DNA of 64,000 nucleotides, from contig MU059418.1 of assembly GCA_013265495.1 (NCBI GenBank), positions 4,386,773 through 4,450,772 on the forward strand, written 5' to 3'. Made by a program: the position numbers and the translations under genes. This stretch comes from Vicugna vicugna. Its lineage: Eukaryota. Under the pieces are notes generated by a model. That model was given only the letters and a program-made list of their open reading frames with translations. It searched no databases and had not been told where the DNA came from. This document shows positions 40,626-53,559 of the stretch, piece after piece (the stretch's first letter is position 1; every line of letters begins with the position of its first letter).

Positions 40626-40941
40626 TTCAGTGATGGTGACAGAAAAAAGATTCAGAAGTAAATGAGAAATAAAAGAGAGAGGACAACTCATAAGTTTGGC
40701 TGTTAAGAAGTTACAAGAGGGAAGAAAATACAGAGGAACATGGTACCCAGGAAAGGTAAGGGGACACAACTTCTCAATGAGTTTGACTCTGAAGAAGAGG
40801 AGAGGGATGGAGAGGAGCGTAGTGTTTCTTATTTTCTTATGACAGAAGTCTGTTTAACTGACGATGGGAAAGTCAGAGAAAGAAAGGAGAAAATGGATAC
40901 TGTAAAGTTCCGCAGATGTGCTGAGACGAATGGCTTTCTGG

Positions 40942-41160
40942 CTGCACTGCCCAATGGCCACATATGGATTGTACATGTCAAGTCATTAACATTAAATACA
41001 TGAATAAAATTAGTTCTTCAAATTAAAGTTTGTTCTTCAAAAGTTGCCAACAGCCACATTTCAAGTGCTCAATAGCCATATGTGGTTAGTCGCTACCAAA
41101 ATGGAAGCACAGATACAGGACATTTCCTTCACCATAGAAAGCTCTATTGGACAGCCCTGG
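40942..41160 (-). mobile_element. MER3 (hAT-Charlie)
   Basis: agccacatttcaagtgctcaatagccatatgtgg...tctattggacagccctg is the reverse complement of MER3 text. Confidence 0.75.
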
Positions 41161-42667
41161 CCTAGAACACAAGTGGAAGGGTTACCCTTAGTCTTTGATA
41201 AAAAGAGACATTCTCCCACTGTGCCAGGGAGGGGAAGGCTGAGCACAGCTGCAGAGGGAGGCAGGTTTGCTTGTTTGGTTGTGTAGGCGGAGATGGTTCC
41301 CACCAAAAGATCTGTATTTTATCTCAGAAATAAGAGCCAAAATAGGATTAGTGAGAGTGAATACAGCTGGGGTTGGGGAGCAGGGCTGAAGATTTGGGAA
41401 GAGTGAAGATGGTTTGAAATAGTCACTGGGGAGACTGGAAGAGCTGCACTAAGCCTGCCAGAAGGTCCAGGGCTCAGCAAAGGCTGGTGACCACAGGTTG
41501 TCAATCAGCCTTTTGTAAGGGAAATGCAAAGAAAGGTGAGTGAGTTGAGAGTAACTGCAGAAAATGACTGAATTAATGGATCACAGGATCTGAGTGAGAC
41601 TGGGAGAGAAATAAAGACAGAAGGTCATTGACAAGCTGCAAGAAAGTAAGGAGATAATCAAATGGAGGTCCAGGTGAGCTAGAAACAAGCAAATAAGGAA
41701 GAGAGGGGTTCATGGATGAAGATGAGATGCTTAAATCAGTGATTTTTAGAGGGAGGATATTTTCAAATGTTGATAAGGTTCAGAGTGTAATCTGCTGAGC
41801 ATGCTGGCTGAGGTGGAATGGATAAGGTCACTGAGGATGAGCAGAGAGGAAGTGCTAAACCAAGCCCAAATCTTCACCCAAGAGGACAGTGGATGGCTTA
41901 AGGTGCCAGTCTCGAAGGAATAGGGGTCCCACATCAGGTCTTGAAGTGCTACTAGGGAACAAGAGGACTGATGAACAGGAAGGTCTGCTGACCCTGAGGA
42001 GTGTGCTTTTCCTGACAGAGCTGCCGGGGAATCACGTTCTCGGGGGACAGCCGGGCCGCACAAAAGCAAAGAGATAGTCAGCGAAGAGGCTGTGGGTACA
42101 GGGGATTAGTTAATTACAGAGTGGAAATTCCAAAGGGATTCATGGACAGGTTTGGGAGAAGGGGAGAGACTGGAAATCAAATTAGGGGGTAAAAATAGAG
42201 CAATGTGGTAATGACAGTGCAGAGGACAGATGACAAGAAGGGCCTATCTTGTGAGTGGTGACGGAAGAAAATGGCTATTTTGGTGGCTTTGCTGCCTGTG
42301 GCCTGTGAGAGAAAGATGAACATCTGAGATTCAGCTGTGGTCCAGAAGTGAGGCCAGGGGTCTGCAGTACACGGCTGGTCCTCCCATTCTGTGTGGTGTA
42401 CTGGCTTCGATGGCTGTGGTGCGTGTGCTGCAAGCCTGAACCTGTGATGGGGAACTGCTCAGTCCTCCCCAAGGTCGCAGGGCTGGTGCTGTCCCACAGG
42501 GGAGGGGCCTGATGTAGCCTTGACATTTTCACCCATCATGGTAAGGCATGAACACTAATCCAGTTTTCAGCAATTTTCAGAAGTACCACTACTCTTTCAT
42601 ATTTATTTCCTTGGGTTTAGAAGAGGAATAAAAGGCAATCCCTATTTTCCCCATAATGCATAATTAG

Positions 42668-42761
42668 TTATTTATTTATTTTTTAGGGGAGGCACTGGGG
42701 ATTGAATCCAGGACCTTGTGCATGCTGGGCAGGCACGCTACCATTGAACTAACCCCTCCCC
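42668..42761 (-). mobile_element. tRNA-derived SINE, Vic-1-like
   Basis: Reverse complement ggggaggggttagttcaatggtagcgtgcctgcccagcatgcacaaggtcctggattcaatcccc with A-rich tail. Confidence 0.78.
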
Positions 42762-43185
42762 TAATTCCCAATAAAAAATTATGTTTTATAGCCCACTAAA
42801 TAATCATAGTTTATGAAGTAACTTTTATATACATAAAGTCCTAAAAGGAGCCAGATATGGTTAAAGTTACCAAATAAAAATATTACACTGTCAAATTAAA
42901 ACTAGCTGCTAATACATGATAAGACATTTAACTACCAATTTTACTTGCTTTCTCATAATATAGATGGGCTTTACCCATCTTCAAGTGGAAAGTTTTTTCT
43001 GATTATGAAACCCTTGTACATTACTCACTGCAAAAAAAAATCACCTGCAATTCCACCACTCAAGTGGAAAACAATGTTAACATTTTACTATTAACATATC
43101 CAGAATTTTTTCAGTGTGTTCACTGGGGCGGTGCTTTATCTTAAAAAAGTTCTTTGCTGAGAATGTTGCTGGGCTAACTACTTAC

Positions 43186-43281
43186 ATCCACTATGAAATC
43201 TTCAGCCTTCAGTTCAACTTCTAGCAATATCTTACTGGGTTTAGCATCGGCGACCTCTTTTGGAAGGCGTTTGTATCTTTC
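43186..43281 (-). CDS. SAMHD1: SAMHD1 exon 13
   Basis: [32 protein letters not shown]; 96 nt (human 93); acceptor ctag|, donor GTAAGT. Confidence 0.93.
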
Positions 43282-44055
43282 CTAGAAAAGACAAGACTCC
43301 TGTTAGTTAGAGCTCAGTTCTTCATCCTACAGTGTTTGTGCCACGAAGAGGTTCCCTCCCTGAAAACGGCACTTTACCAAGGAAAGCGGGTAGCAATATC
43401 CCTAACAAACACAGAGCTTCTGCCTATGCCATCTTTTAATCAAATCACAATAGCGCAATTTTCATAACAGAATTTTTCCATTGAAAAAAATGTGGCAGTA
43501 ACCTATTAGTAAAACAAGAAGGAGTAAAGTGAGACCCAAGGAAGTGTTGTGAGGCAGGGTGTGCTTATCAGTATGGCTTGTGTTAGGGGCTTTCTGGCAG
43601 GGAAAACCCTTCATCAAGCAGGAGAGGAAAACAGATAACTGAACTAAAGGCAGGCAAATACCACCTGGGAGAGCCTGATAAACTGTGAAAGAAGGAAGGA
43701 GTTAAAAGCAGGTCCTTAGGATCTCAAAGACACTCAAGCAGATTTCGAGGTCCTTCTCCCTTACATTCATTTTCTTGCCTTTGGATCTAGCCAAAATTTG
43801 AGGACCCCGCCCCCTACCCTCCAAGATGAGAGAGTAAAGGTTTGGAGTAAGATAGACTTGGCTTTGAATCCTGGTTCACTAACTGTAGGCAAGTTATTTA
43901 ATCTCTCCCAAGCCAGTTTCTTCACCTATAGGACAGCCCTCAGAAGACTGATGTGAAGATGAAATGAGAATGAACGTAAAGGTCTTAGAACAGAGTCATG
44001 CTATTGTGATGGGTTAATGGTTTCCCCTTGGGGGACAGAGGACCTTTCAATTTAC

Positions 44056-44195
44056 CTTTTTAATCTTTACTTGTCCTACTGGCTGAGTCTCACCCACATA
44101 CTTGTATAGATGACGACATTCAATTTTTTTTAAAATTGCTCGTGCGGCATCCAGTTTGGGATCAGTAGAGTATAAAATCTCCAGAAAAATGTTAT
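44056..44195 (-). CDS. SAMHD1: SAMHD1 exon 12
   Basis: (D)[46 protein letters not shown]; 140 nt; R451 RxL and K455 present. Confidence 0.96.
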
Positions 44196-46569
44196 CTGCC
44201 AATTTGATGAAATATCAGTTACATTAAAAGGAAAAAAAAACCCAAGATTTAAAAAGATTCATACATTGCTGTACTTTTGAAATGACTTCAAGCAGAAGTT
44301 TACAAATGTAGGCACGCTACGATTATAACGATGTGGAAACAATTTTTTTTCAAAGCCTGAAGTGAAAAAAACCTTTGTAAAAGTGTTCCAGTCTATGTCT
44401 TGGATTTGCTTCAAGGTCATCCAGTGAGTGGGAAAGGAGAGAGAGAAAATAAGACTGCATTAGAGTTGATGACTGCATCAGAGTTGGGGTTGGGTTTTGG
44501 GTACAAAGGGGTGTATTGATTTATTGTTATGTTTTGTTTTGTTTTTCAAAGAGAATTATACTTAAGGAATTACAAAATTATGTTGGAGTTCTGCTTCAAA
44601 ATGGCCCAGGGTCTGATGGGATGAAGGGACGAAGCAAAACTGCCCTGTGTTGGTAACTATTGCAGCTAAATGATGAGGCTAAGTGATGCAAACTTCCTTA
44701 ATAGAAAGTTTTCAAAAGTCTCATTCCATGATGATAGAAGGTAGTTTATTTTCCTTCTTTCTTTTCCCTCCAGCTTTTTATTTAAAAAAATTTTCAAAAT
44801 GAAACACCCTTCGCCTAAATTTATCAACTGTTAGCATTTTTCTACATAGGCACACACTATCTCCGTGTGTGTGCATGCAAATTTTTGAGGAAATGTTTAA
44901 AAATTAGAGATATCAAGACCCTTCACTCTAAATGCTTCAGCATGTACCTCCCAATGACAACATTCCTCAACATAACCACAATCATACCAAGAAATTTACT
45001 CTGATATAAAAATATCTTACAGTCTACCTTTGAATTTGCTTAAATGTTCCAATAATGCAATTTATGAATTTTTATTGCTAGATAGATAAGCCAATCAATT
45101 ATTAGGGACGACATTAGTTGTCATGCTTTTCAATCTCCTTTCACCTAGAACTAGAATAATTCCTCTGACTTCGAATCTTGCATAATGTTGGCATTTTAGA
45201 AAAGTTCAGGCATTCATTTTGTAAAATGTCCCACACTTTGAACTTGTCTGACTGTTTCCTTACTATTAGATTCAAGTTAAACCCTATTGTCAAGAACTCT
45301 ATGTAAGTGTTACAACATCCAAGAACACATTATAATAAGCACTGTATAAATGCTTGGCTCAGTGTATTATGTCAGGAGTCACATAATGAGTTTTGTTACC
45401 TTTATGGGGTATGTTAAATTCCAACAGTTGGTTAGGCAATAATTCCCAGGTTTCTTTGTTATAAATCTATCTTTCATTTTGTAATTAACAACCTGCAGGG
45501 TGATATTTTGAGAGGGTCTTATCCCAATAAATTTTCAACCAATGGCTTAGCATTTATTGGTAATTCTTGACAGAATCAGTCACTGCACTTTGAAAAAAGT
45601 TTTATTAAAATATCTTTTCTTGGCAAAACAAAATATTAGCATCTATGTCATTCACCTCACCTACATGTATTTGTATGTTCCTCCCTACTTAATCCATGGT
45701 TACCACATTCCTCACCCGCTCAGTGATGCTGTCTGCAAACCGTCTCTCCATCTTCAGTTTTCATTATTTCTTTACATATCATACCCACAGTTTGAAAAAG
45801 TGAACAGTTTTATCTTAACATAACAAGACCACACTTTTCTAATTGATGCTTTTATCTACCCTATTCCAGCTGAATTAATGAAATGCTTTACCCCATGACA
45901 GAATCTGACTATTTGAAGACCTATCTAATCCCTGAGATTCATCTCAAAAGGCACCCAACCGTGAAACCAGCCCTAATTCATCCAAACCAGAGACATAATT
46001 CCTCCTTCCTTTGAACCCCACAGAACTCAACTGATACTCTTTTTAATGCCTTTCATCTTATTCCACCAGGTACAGGTTCTTAGGGGGACCTACATTTTCA
46101 TTTGTTGGTTAAGTGGGTAGAAGAGGGGTTACTGGATCACAGGATACATGTATGTTTAAAAGAAAATGCTTAACTTTTTCCAAGTGGCTGTACCATCTGC
46201 ATTCCCACCGGCCATTTATGAGAGTCCTGTCTGTTCCACACATGTTTTCAGAACAGAGTTATATACAAGAGAAAGGAAACTGCTTGTCTATTAAATTTAA
46301 TGACTAGACTATCACTAAAATAATGTAAACAACATTCAACTTGGGAGTCAGAAGACTTGGTTTGAGCTCATCTTTGCCATTTATTAAGATAAGTTGACTT
46401 CCCTCCTTTGGTCTCAGTTCCCTCATTTGAGGAATTTTAAGTGGATGATCTCTACAGTCCATTTGAATTTAACATTCTAAGATCTCAATTTAATTAAGGG
46501 ATTTGGGGTTAGGGTCTTGCAGGAGAAGGGATGGGACGGGTAAGATCCACCCATTGCTTAGGAATATTG

Positions 46570-47330
46570 AGGGATAAAGACCACAGCAAGAAAATTGTTA
46601 CGTAGGGCAGTGGTCATAACATTTGCAATGCTTACGATAGCTACATCCAGGTAAGCGGAACCATCCATCATAAATAGGAATTTAGGAAGCAGAGAGAACA
46701 GATAAACAAACGGTGGCATAATCACGTGATGGAGCACTACTCAGCAATAAAAAGTAATGAACTACTGATACATACAATCTGGAGAAACCTCAAATGCACA
46801 ATGCTGAGTGAAAGAAGCTTTACACAGAAGAGTACATACTGTATGATTCCACTTATATTAAAGTCTGGACAGGCAAACAGTGGTTGTTTCTAGGGGTGAG
46901 GTAGGGACAGGAATTGACTAGGAGAGGGCAGGAGGGAACTGTTTGGGGAGAAGATAACATTCTGTGTCCTGCATTTGTCTAGCAAGTGTGCTCTTACAAT
47001 TTTTACATTTACACAGTTGCATGTAAATTTTACATCAAAAGAAAAAAAACCTATAAACAGTTACTGAACTTTAGTTAATCTGCATGTTGAAGGAATTAGA
47101 GGTAAAGTATTATGATGTCTGCAATTTACTTTAAAATGAATCAAAATTTAGATGGATTAACAGATGTGTAGAGGGATGGTCAGTGATAAATACATGATAA
47201 AACAAGTCCGGAAAATGCTAGAATTTAAGTGGTCAGTATACAGGTTTTTGCTGCAAACTTCTTTCAACATCGTTGTAAGTTTTCAACACTTTTCCCCAAA
47301 ATGTGGGAAAACATTCTAAAAAATTTTTAA
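46570..47330 (+). mobile_element. Old L1M 3' fragments
   Basis: atggagcactactcagcaataaaaagtaatgaactactgatacatac...agagtacatactgtatgattcc; boundaries approximate. Confidence 0.65.
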
Positions 47331-49052
47331 AAAGGTGGTGGAGAGTTTAAAAATAAAGATAAAGTGAGTTGCTTTTTGGAAAAGCAGCAAAGGCAAGGAG
47401 GACTCACAAGGTCTTGTCCCTTGAAGGTCCTGTAGTTTAGGGCAATAAGGATTATATGAGTGCTCAGGGTAACATGCAAGAAGGAAGATGGTCTATGTCT
47501 CAAATGACGAAAGCTGGAAAGGCCACATGCCTGTTCTCCCATACACTGTCAGATAAAGCACAAAAAATGTGACCTAAATTCTTGTCTGGAATTTCTGACA
47601 TTGTTAACAATATCCAAGTGAGTGACTAGTGGACTCATCTCATTGAACAGGGTAAAATCCAGTTTGGTGTTCCAGAAACTTCACAGTGAGTGAGAGCTAT
47701 TACAATCATGTGCAGTTAAGACCTCATTAAAATGTATGCTATTTTATTGTTTGTCAGCTTACCCAAAAGTGTATAAAATCCAGAATTCATTTCTTTTCAC
47801 CAAAAGATAATTTAAGTGTAATAATGTTACAGGATAAATTGTTAGGACTGGTTTCTTGGGAAGAGTGAAGATGACTTTTTAAAATATAGTATCACCTGCT
47901 TTATTATGAGCAAAAGTTAAAAATAAATGTCCCCAGCTTGCTCAAATTGTTTTATAATCTCTTCTTCCATTCGTATCCACACAACCATGGGGGACTAGTG
48001 TATCTGCTATGACGTTCTTAAAAAAAAACAGAAACAATTTAGATGCATTATCCCCCATAAGTAACTTTGTTATGAATCCAAATTAGACTAATTAACAAGC
48101 AAGAAGCAAACTCATCTGTCACATTACAAACCTTTATTATTGATGTACACAGCATTCTCAGTGTACACAAAGACATTTGTGATGCGGAATCACTATTTCA
48201 CTTCTAACTTTTGTTTAGTTATGATTAGAAAATGACAAAAAAGTTCTAAGTGTAATGGGGACTCTATATTGACTGCCTACATGTATATTTTTAAAGAACA
48301 ATGTAGATAAAATCTAGCAGTGATGAAGCAGGAAGCTGATGTAGTCACTTTGGTTGTGCCTGAAGCCACTCAGCTTCTGTTGTTCTCGCTGGTTTCAGAA
48401 CCTCCAGCCTCTCCACTGATCCTGTCATTTTGTTTTTAGTTAAGCTGAGTTAGTTTCATGATTTGTAACAAAAAACTCTGACTGGTATATGCTTTTTGGT
48501 CTACTTCTTTTGCTTTACTGATCTTTGTTTCTCAGTCTGCACTTTCCCACATTAAAGAACCAGCTGCGACACCCCGCCTCTCTTCCTTCCCACCCTAAAT
48601 TGCTGACTTTGTTTCTGCTGACACACTGAGAAATATTTCTGGCATTCTGTGTTTTGCAACCAAAAATAATGTTTAAAGGGCAAGCCAGGTTTGTGGTATT
48701 AGTCTTGTATTAGTCTAGCTGTATTATAAAGTAAAATAATTGAAAATATTGAGTACTTATGTGCCAAGTATATTCCAGGTGCTATATGCCTCATTTAAGC
48801 ATCACAACAAAACTATATGCTAGGTATCATCACTTCCATTTTATAGATGAGGAAACTAAGATGCAGAGAGATTAAATAACCTTATCAAGGTTACCTCGTT
48901 AACATAAAACAGAGACAAAACTCAAATCCAAAAGTGTACAATCACTTTAGAAGCTAAATACATTGGAATGTTTGGAAAATAACCCACTGCAATCCAGGGA
49001 AAGTTAATACTTTATCTGAGATGGACCGTCGATGTTACCTTTTAGTTCTTAC

Positions 49053-49168
49053 CTGTCAGCTTAGTAAAGGCTTCCATGTCATCAATTGCTGTAGAAATAC
49101 GATACTTTTCTCCTTCGGAACCTGTTATCTGTATGTGAGGGTCTGCTTCGAGGAAGGCATCTGTAATC
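49053..49168 (-). CDS. SAMHD1: SAMHD1 exon 11
   Basis: (M)[38 protein letters not shown](D); 116 nt; donor GTAAGA. Confidence 0.96.
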
Positions 49169-49280
49169 CTAAAGATCATTTTATAAACACTTATGTTTAT
49201 GAGAAAATTTGCTTAAAGTTAAGGAAATCTTTCTACTTTAGGGAAATAACATCTTGAGATAAAATGTTCTAAAGACAACT

Positions 49281-49549
49281 ATTTCTCAGACTCAGATATA
49301 GATAACAAACTAGTGGATATGGTTGGGAGAGGGAGGGGCAATAGAGAGGTAGGGGATTAAGAGGTACAAACTATTAAGTAAAAACAAGCTACAAGGATAT
49401 ATTGTACAACCAATATATATAGCCAATTTTTATAATAATTATAAATGGACTATAACCTTTTAAAATTGTGAATCACTACATTGTACACCTGCAACTACTC
49501 ATATAATATTGCACATCAACTATACTTCAACTGAAAGGAAAAAAAAAAG
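49281..49549 (+). mobile_element. 5'-truncated L1 3' end (same family as 21001)
   Basis: Same 3'UTR text ending atcaactatacttcaa plus poly(A); TSD AAAGACAACT at 49271-49280 and 49550-49559. Confidence 0.85.
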
Positions 49550-50515
49550 AAAGACAACTGCTTTTCAATCATAAGTCCATGGTGATTTGTGAACTACCAT
49601 GTTTACTGTGTTCCAGGCATTACGATAGAGCTTTTAGATACACCATTTTCCCACAATAAAATAGGTGTAATTAGCCTCAATTTTATAGATGTAGAAATTA
49701 AGTAATTTTCATGTAATCAGGTTAGGAAGAAGCAGTACCAGGTTTTTTACTTAGATGTCCCTGATTCTCCACATTAAAAACAAACAAAACAATAAAACCT
49801 CTTACCAAAGTACAACCATACAAATAGGAGAATGTATTCTAACTAGACTGCTCATAAAAAAAGATGGGGACAAAAACAGAAAAGAAGATAAATTTTCTCA
49901 ACACAAATGTAAACATGAAAGGCTTATAATAAATCAATTTAAAGCTATTTTAGAGACACGGAATTAACTTGACTCACACCCAATTTTTGGTAATTCCTTA
50001 TGGAGTCTTTTTGAGTCACAGAGAAATTTGGCTGTACTTTTCTGATTTGGTTCTCACTAGATCCGGGAGAAGAGGTAAAATTCCTGTCAGTTTCACTATC
50101 TGCTATCAACAATTTTGATAAATAATTGATAGAGTAAGGAAAGACAACTGATTTTTAAAATTAATTTCAGCATGTCAATTATCCACATCCCATCTCTCAC
50201 CTCGATGACTAACATCTGGTACATAAGCAACTACCTGTGCAGAGGTCTGAGCCATCCCAGTGTGGCCTCTTGCTGCCTAACCTAAGCCAGCTCTTCTGCC
50301 TTCACCTCTCCCCTTCATCCACTCTCCCCCTCACCTCCAACTAAATTAAGCTCACTTTATGCTAGTTTTGGTTTCATTTGTTTGAGGGAACCATTTTAGA
50401 TTTGCCCACTTAAAATTCACTTGAATTTACCTAGGAATCTCAACTTGACCAAGTATGATATTCTAGCAAAGTATCATGGAAAATTTTAATAGGGAAATAA
50501 CAGTTGAACTTCTTA

Positions 50516-50629
<114 letters not shown>

Positions 50630-51301
50630 TTAATGTAGGATCAGACTGTGTTGCTCTTGTTACTAGACAATCACATAAGTCAAGAAAAGGGGATTAATTT
50701 GCAATTTTTGTTCTTAGTAAACCAAAGTCTATTGAGTGTTTAAACTCTGTGACACATTGTTTTAGGCACCTTGAATATCTTTTTAAAATTTCTCAGTAAC
50801 TCTAGAAATTAGGTATTATTCTTATATTCTTCATTCTCAAAAGAAAGACTTTCTATAGTATAACACTATAACACTCTTTAGTTACATGACTCTAATGTAG
50901 CAGGGACCTACTGATTTTAGGATTTTAACTACTATGAAATACTTAATATAGTTAATGCAGTGATTAAGGATAAGACTCAAGTCAGACTTTCTGGGTTGAA
51001 ATTCCAGTTCTGCCGTGTATTAATTGTATGTCTCCTCTGTGCTTCAATTTGTTCATCTGTTAAATAGGATAATAGTAACATCTATCTCATACAGTTCTGA
51101 GGATTCAGTTAATCCCTCAAAAGCACTTAAAACACAGCCTAGCAACACTGTAGTAGAAGTGAAAAGAACCTTAAGATACTTACAAATGCTAAGCATGAAG
51201 TAAAGAGATTGACAATTTACCAGGTAAATTTTTCCAAATTACTGAATGGTTATTTCAAACTAGGAACTACACCTTCCTTGTCGTTCTCTGACAAAGCTTA
51301 C

Positions 51302-51410
51302 CTTTTCTCTAGTACAAATACGCTTCCTATTGTCTACCTCACAGACACGGGCAAACTTAATAAAGCGCTTGTAATCAAAATTATTTTGGATTCCAAGATG
51401 ATGGCAGTCC
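51302..51410 (-). CDS. SAMHD1: SAMHD1 exon 9
   Basis: (R)[36 protein letters not shown]; 109 nt; C341/C350 present. Confidence 0.97.
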
Positions 51411-51519
51411 CTAGAAAGATTCCAAAGCAGAGAGATGAAATTTTTCAACAAAGGAAACTGTACCTTAAATATCAACACGAAACTTATATAAGGATTTTAT
51501 TTTTCTGTATGTTTATTTA

Positions 51520-51849
<330 letters not shown>

Positions 51850-52675
51850 TTAATTCCTAAATTAGTAGAAAAGGGAAAAGAAAGGCTAAAGTATATGTCT
51901 TGTTAATATTAAAACTTCTTGTGGTATCAGAAGGATCCTAACTCTATTACACTTCCCATAACCGACAAGCTTAAACAAGGTTTAAAGGCTTTTTAAAAAT
52001 ATAAGACCTGACTACGAATTCATGACTGTTCCTTGTCTTTTAATGTTGATTTCAGGCATGAAAATAGTACTATCTTTCAAAGTAGCTACACATCTAATCT
52101 AAATGATATGCACCAAAGAATTTTTGGAGCTCCATTTTTTGGAAATAGGATATTTGCTACAAATCTACCTCTTTATCTTACACCTTAGAAGTAGATTTGT
52201 ATATTTTAAGGAAAAACACCTTTAAAAACCGCAAAGGGAAATTATTTTTTTAATTAAAAAAAGATCAAAAAGGAAACAAAACATATTGCTTTCTGAACTA
52301 ATTCAACATTTTTATAGGTCTTCATGTATCTAAATATTTGAAATATGTTACTTTTAATGGATAAACAAGACACATACTTTTACATTTTCTAAACAAAGTT
52401 ACTTTAGACTTCTATATAAAATACTGCATATAGTCATTTAAAAATATTTACATATGTATTTTAATTTGGGGGATAACTTCAGAAGAACTTAGGAGCTGGA
52501 AGAAATATATAAGCCTTTCATTTTTTGCACTAAACAGTAGAAATATATCACATATTTTATCATTTAGTCTCTCTAAAATAGCCAAATGTCCCCTCCTCAA
52601 ATGGATCTGAAGGAATTAAGAAAAGACTAGATGAAAAGCACCAGCCAATTCAAATTCAGTTGTACACAAACTTAC

Positions 52676-52831
52676 CACAGGACTTTTGATGGGTGTGTCA
52701 AGTGGTCCTGTAATTTGTTCCTTGATAAAACAAATATCTTCTTCAGGGATGAGACCATAGTGCTGCATGACATCTCTGAGTCCATTAGAGTTAACTAGGT
52801 GCTCAAACATCATAACTGAGCCCTGTTCATG
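52676..52831 (-). CDS. SAMHD1: SAMHD1 exon 7
   Basis: [52 protein letters not shown]; 156 nt. Confidence 0.96.
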
Positions 52832-53378
52832 CTAGAAAAAGTCAGCACAGTATGGTCTGTTATAGACTTTAATCCGTTAGGGACCCCTAATTATTTAAAT
52901 TATTCTTGGCTCCAGGTAATTCAGAGATAAAGTTCTACTGTATATTAGTTATTTACTTTTCCACTACAGTCTTGTGGATGTTTTAAAAAACTCTGCCAAA
53001 TTTGTCTATATTTTACTAGTCTCTAAACCTTTACAAACCATGTTCATCATTACTTCATACATATATTTAATGAGATACAATAATTTATAATATATAATTA
53101 TTATACAGTACAGTTGAATATTATCTGATCATAAAGATAGAGTCCATTTTTAATGAATGTCACTATAAAATTTAGTTTTATTTTTCCATCAGCTTTGGAA
53201 CTTGTCAAGTTACAAGTTCTGTTAGCTCTTCCATCTAGTGGTGAAAAGAGGAAACTGCAAACTTGCTGATTAAAATAGTGTTTCAGAGATCTGAAGTCAA
53301 GATCTGGGCTGGATGATTAAATTAGCTTCATTTTACTCATCTGTCCCTGTCCTCTCATTTATAATCATTATAAACATC

Positions 53379-53500
53379 GGGGGAGGGTATAGCTCAGTGG
53401 TAGAGTGCGTGCCTGGCATGCACAAGGCCCCAGGTTCAATTCCCAGTAACTCCATTAAAAATTTTTAAAAAATCAAATGATCTCCGCCCTAATACAGGTC
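53379..53500 (+). mobile_element. tRNA-derived SINE, Vic-1-like
   Basis: ggggagggtatagctcagtggtagagtgcgtgcctggcatgcacaaggccccaggttcaattccc then A-rich tail; 3' boundary approximate. Confidence 0.8.
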
Positions 53501-53559
53501 TTACCAAAAATGAACTGAAGATGAAAACAAAATGCTGAATGGTCCTATAACTATTTTTT

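Larger units (their letters stand above)
39870..42250 (-). mobile_element. L2 fossil interrupted by Tigger1 and MER3
   Basis: Reverse-strand L2 text (gaattccaggcagaagaaacagc, ggatgagcagagaggaagtg); boundaries approximate. Confidence 0.6.
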
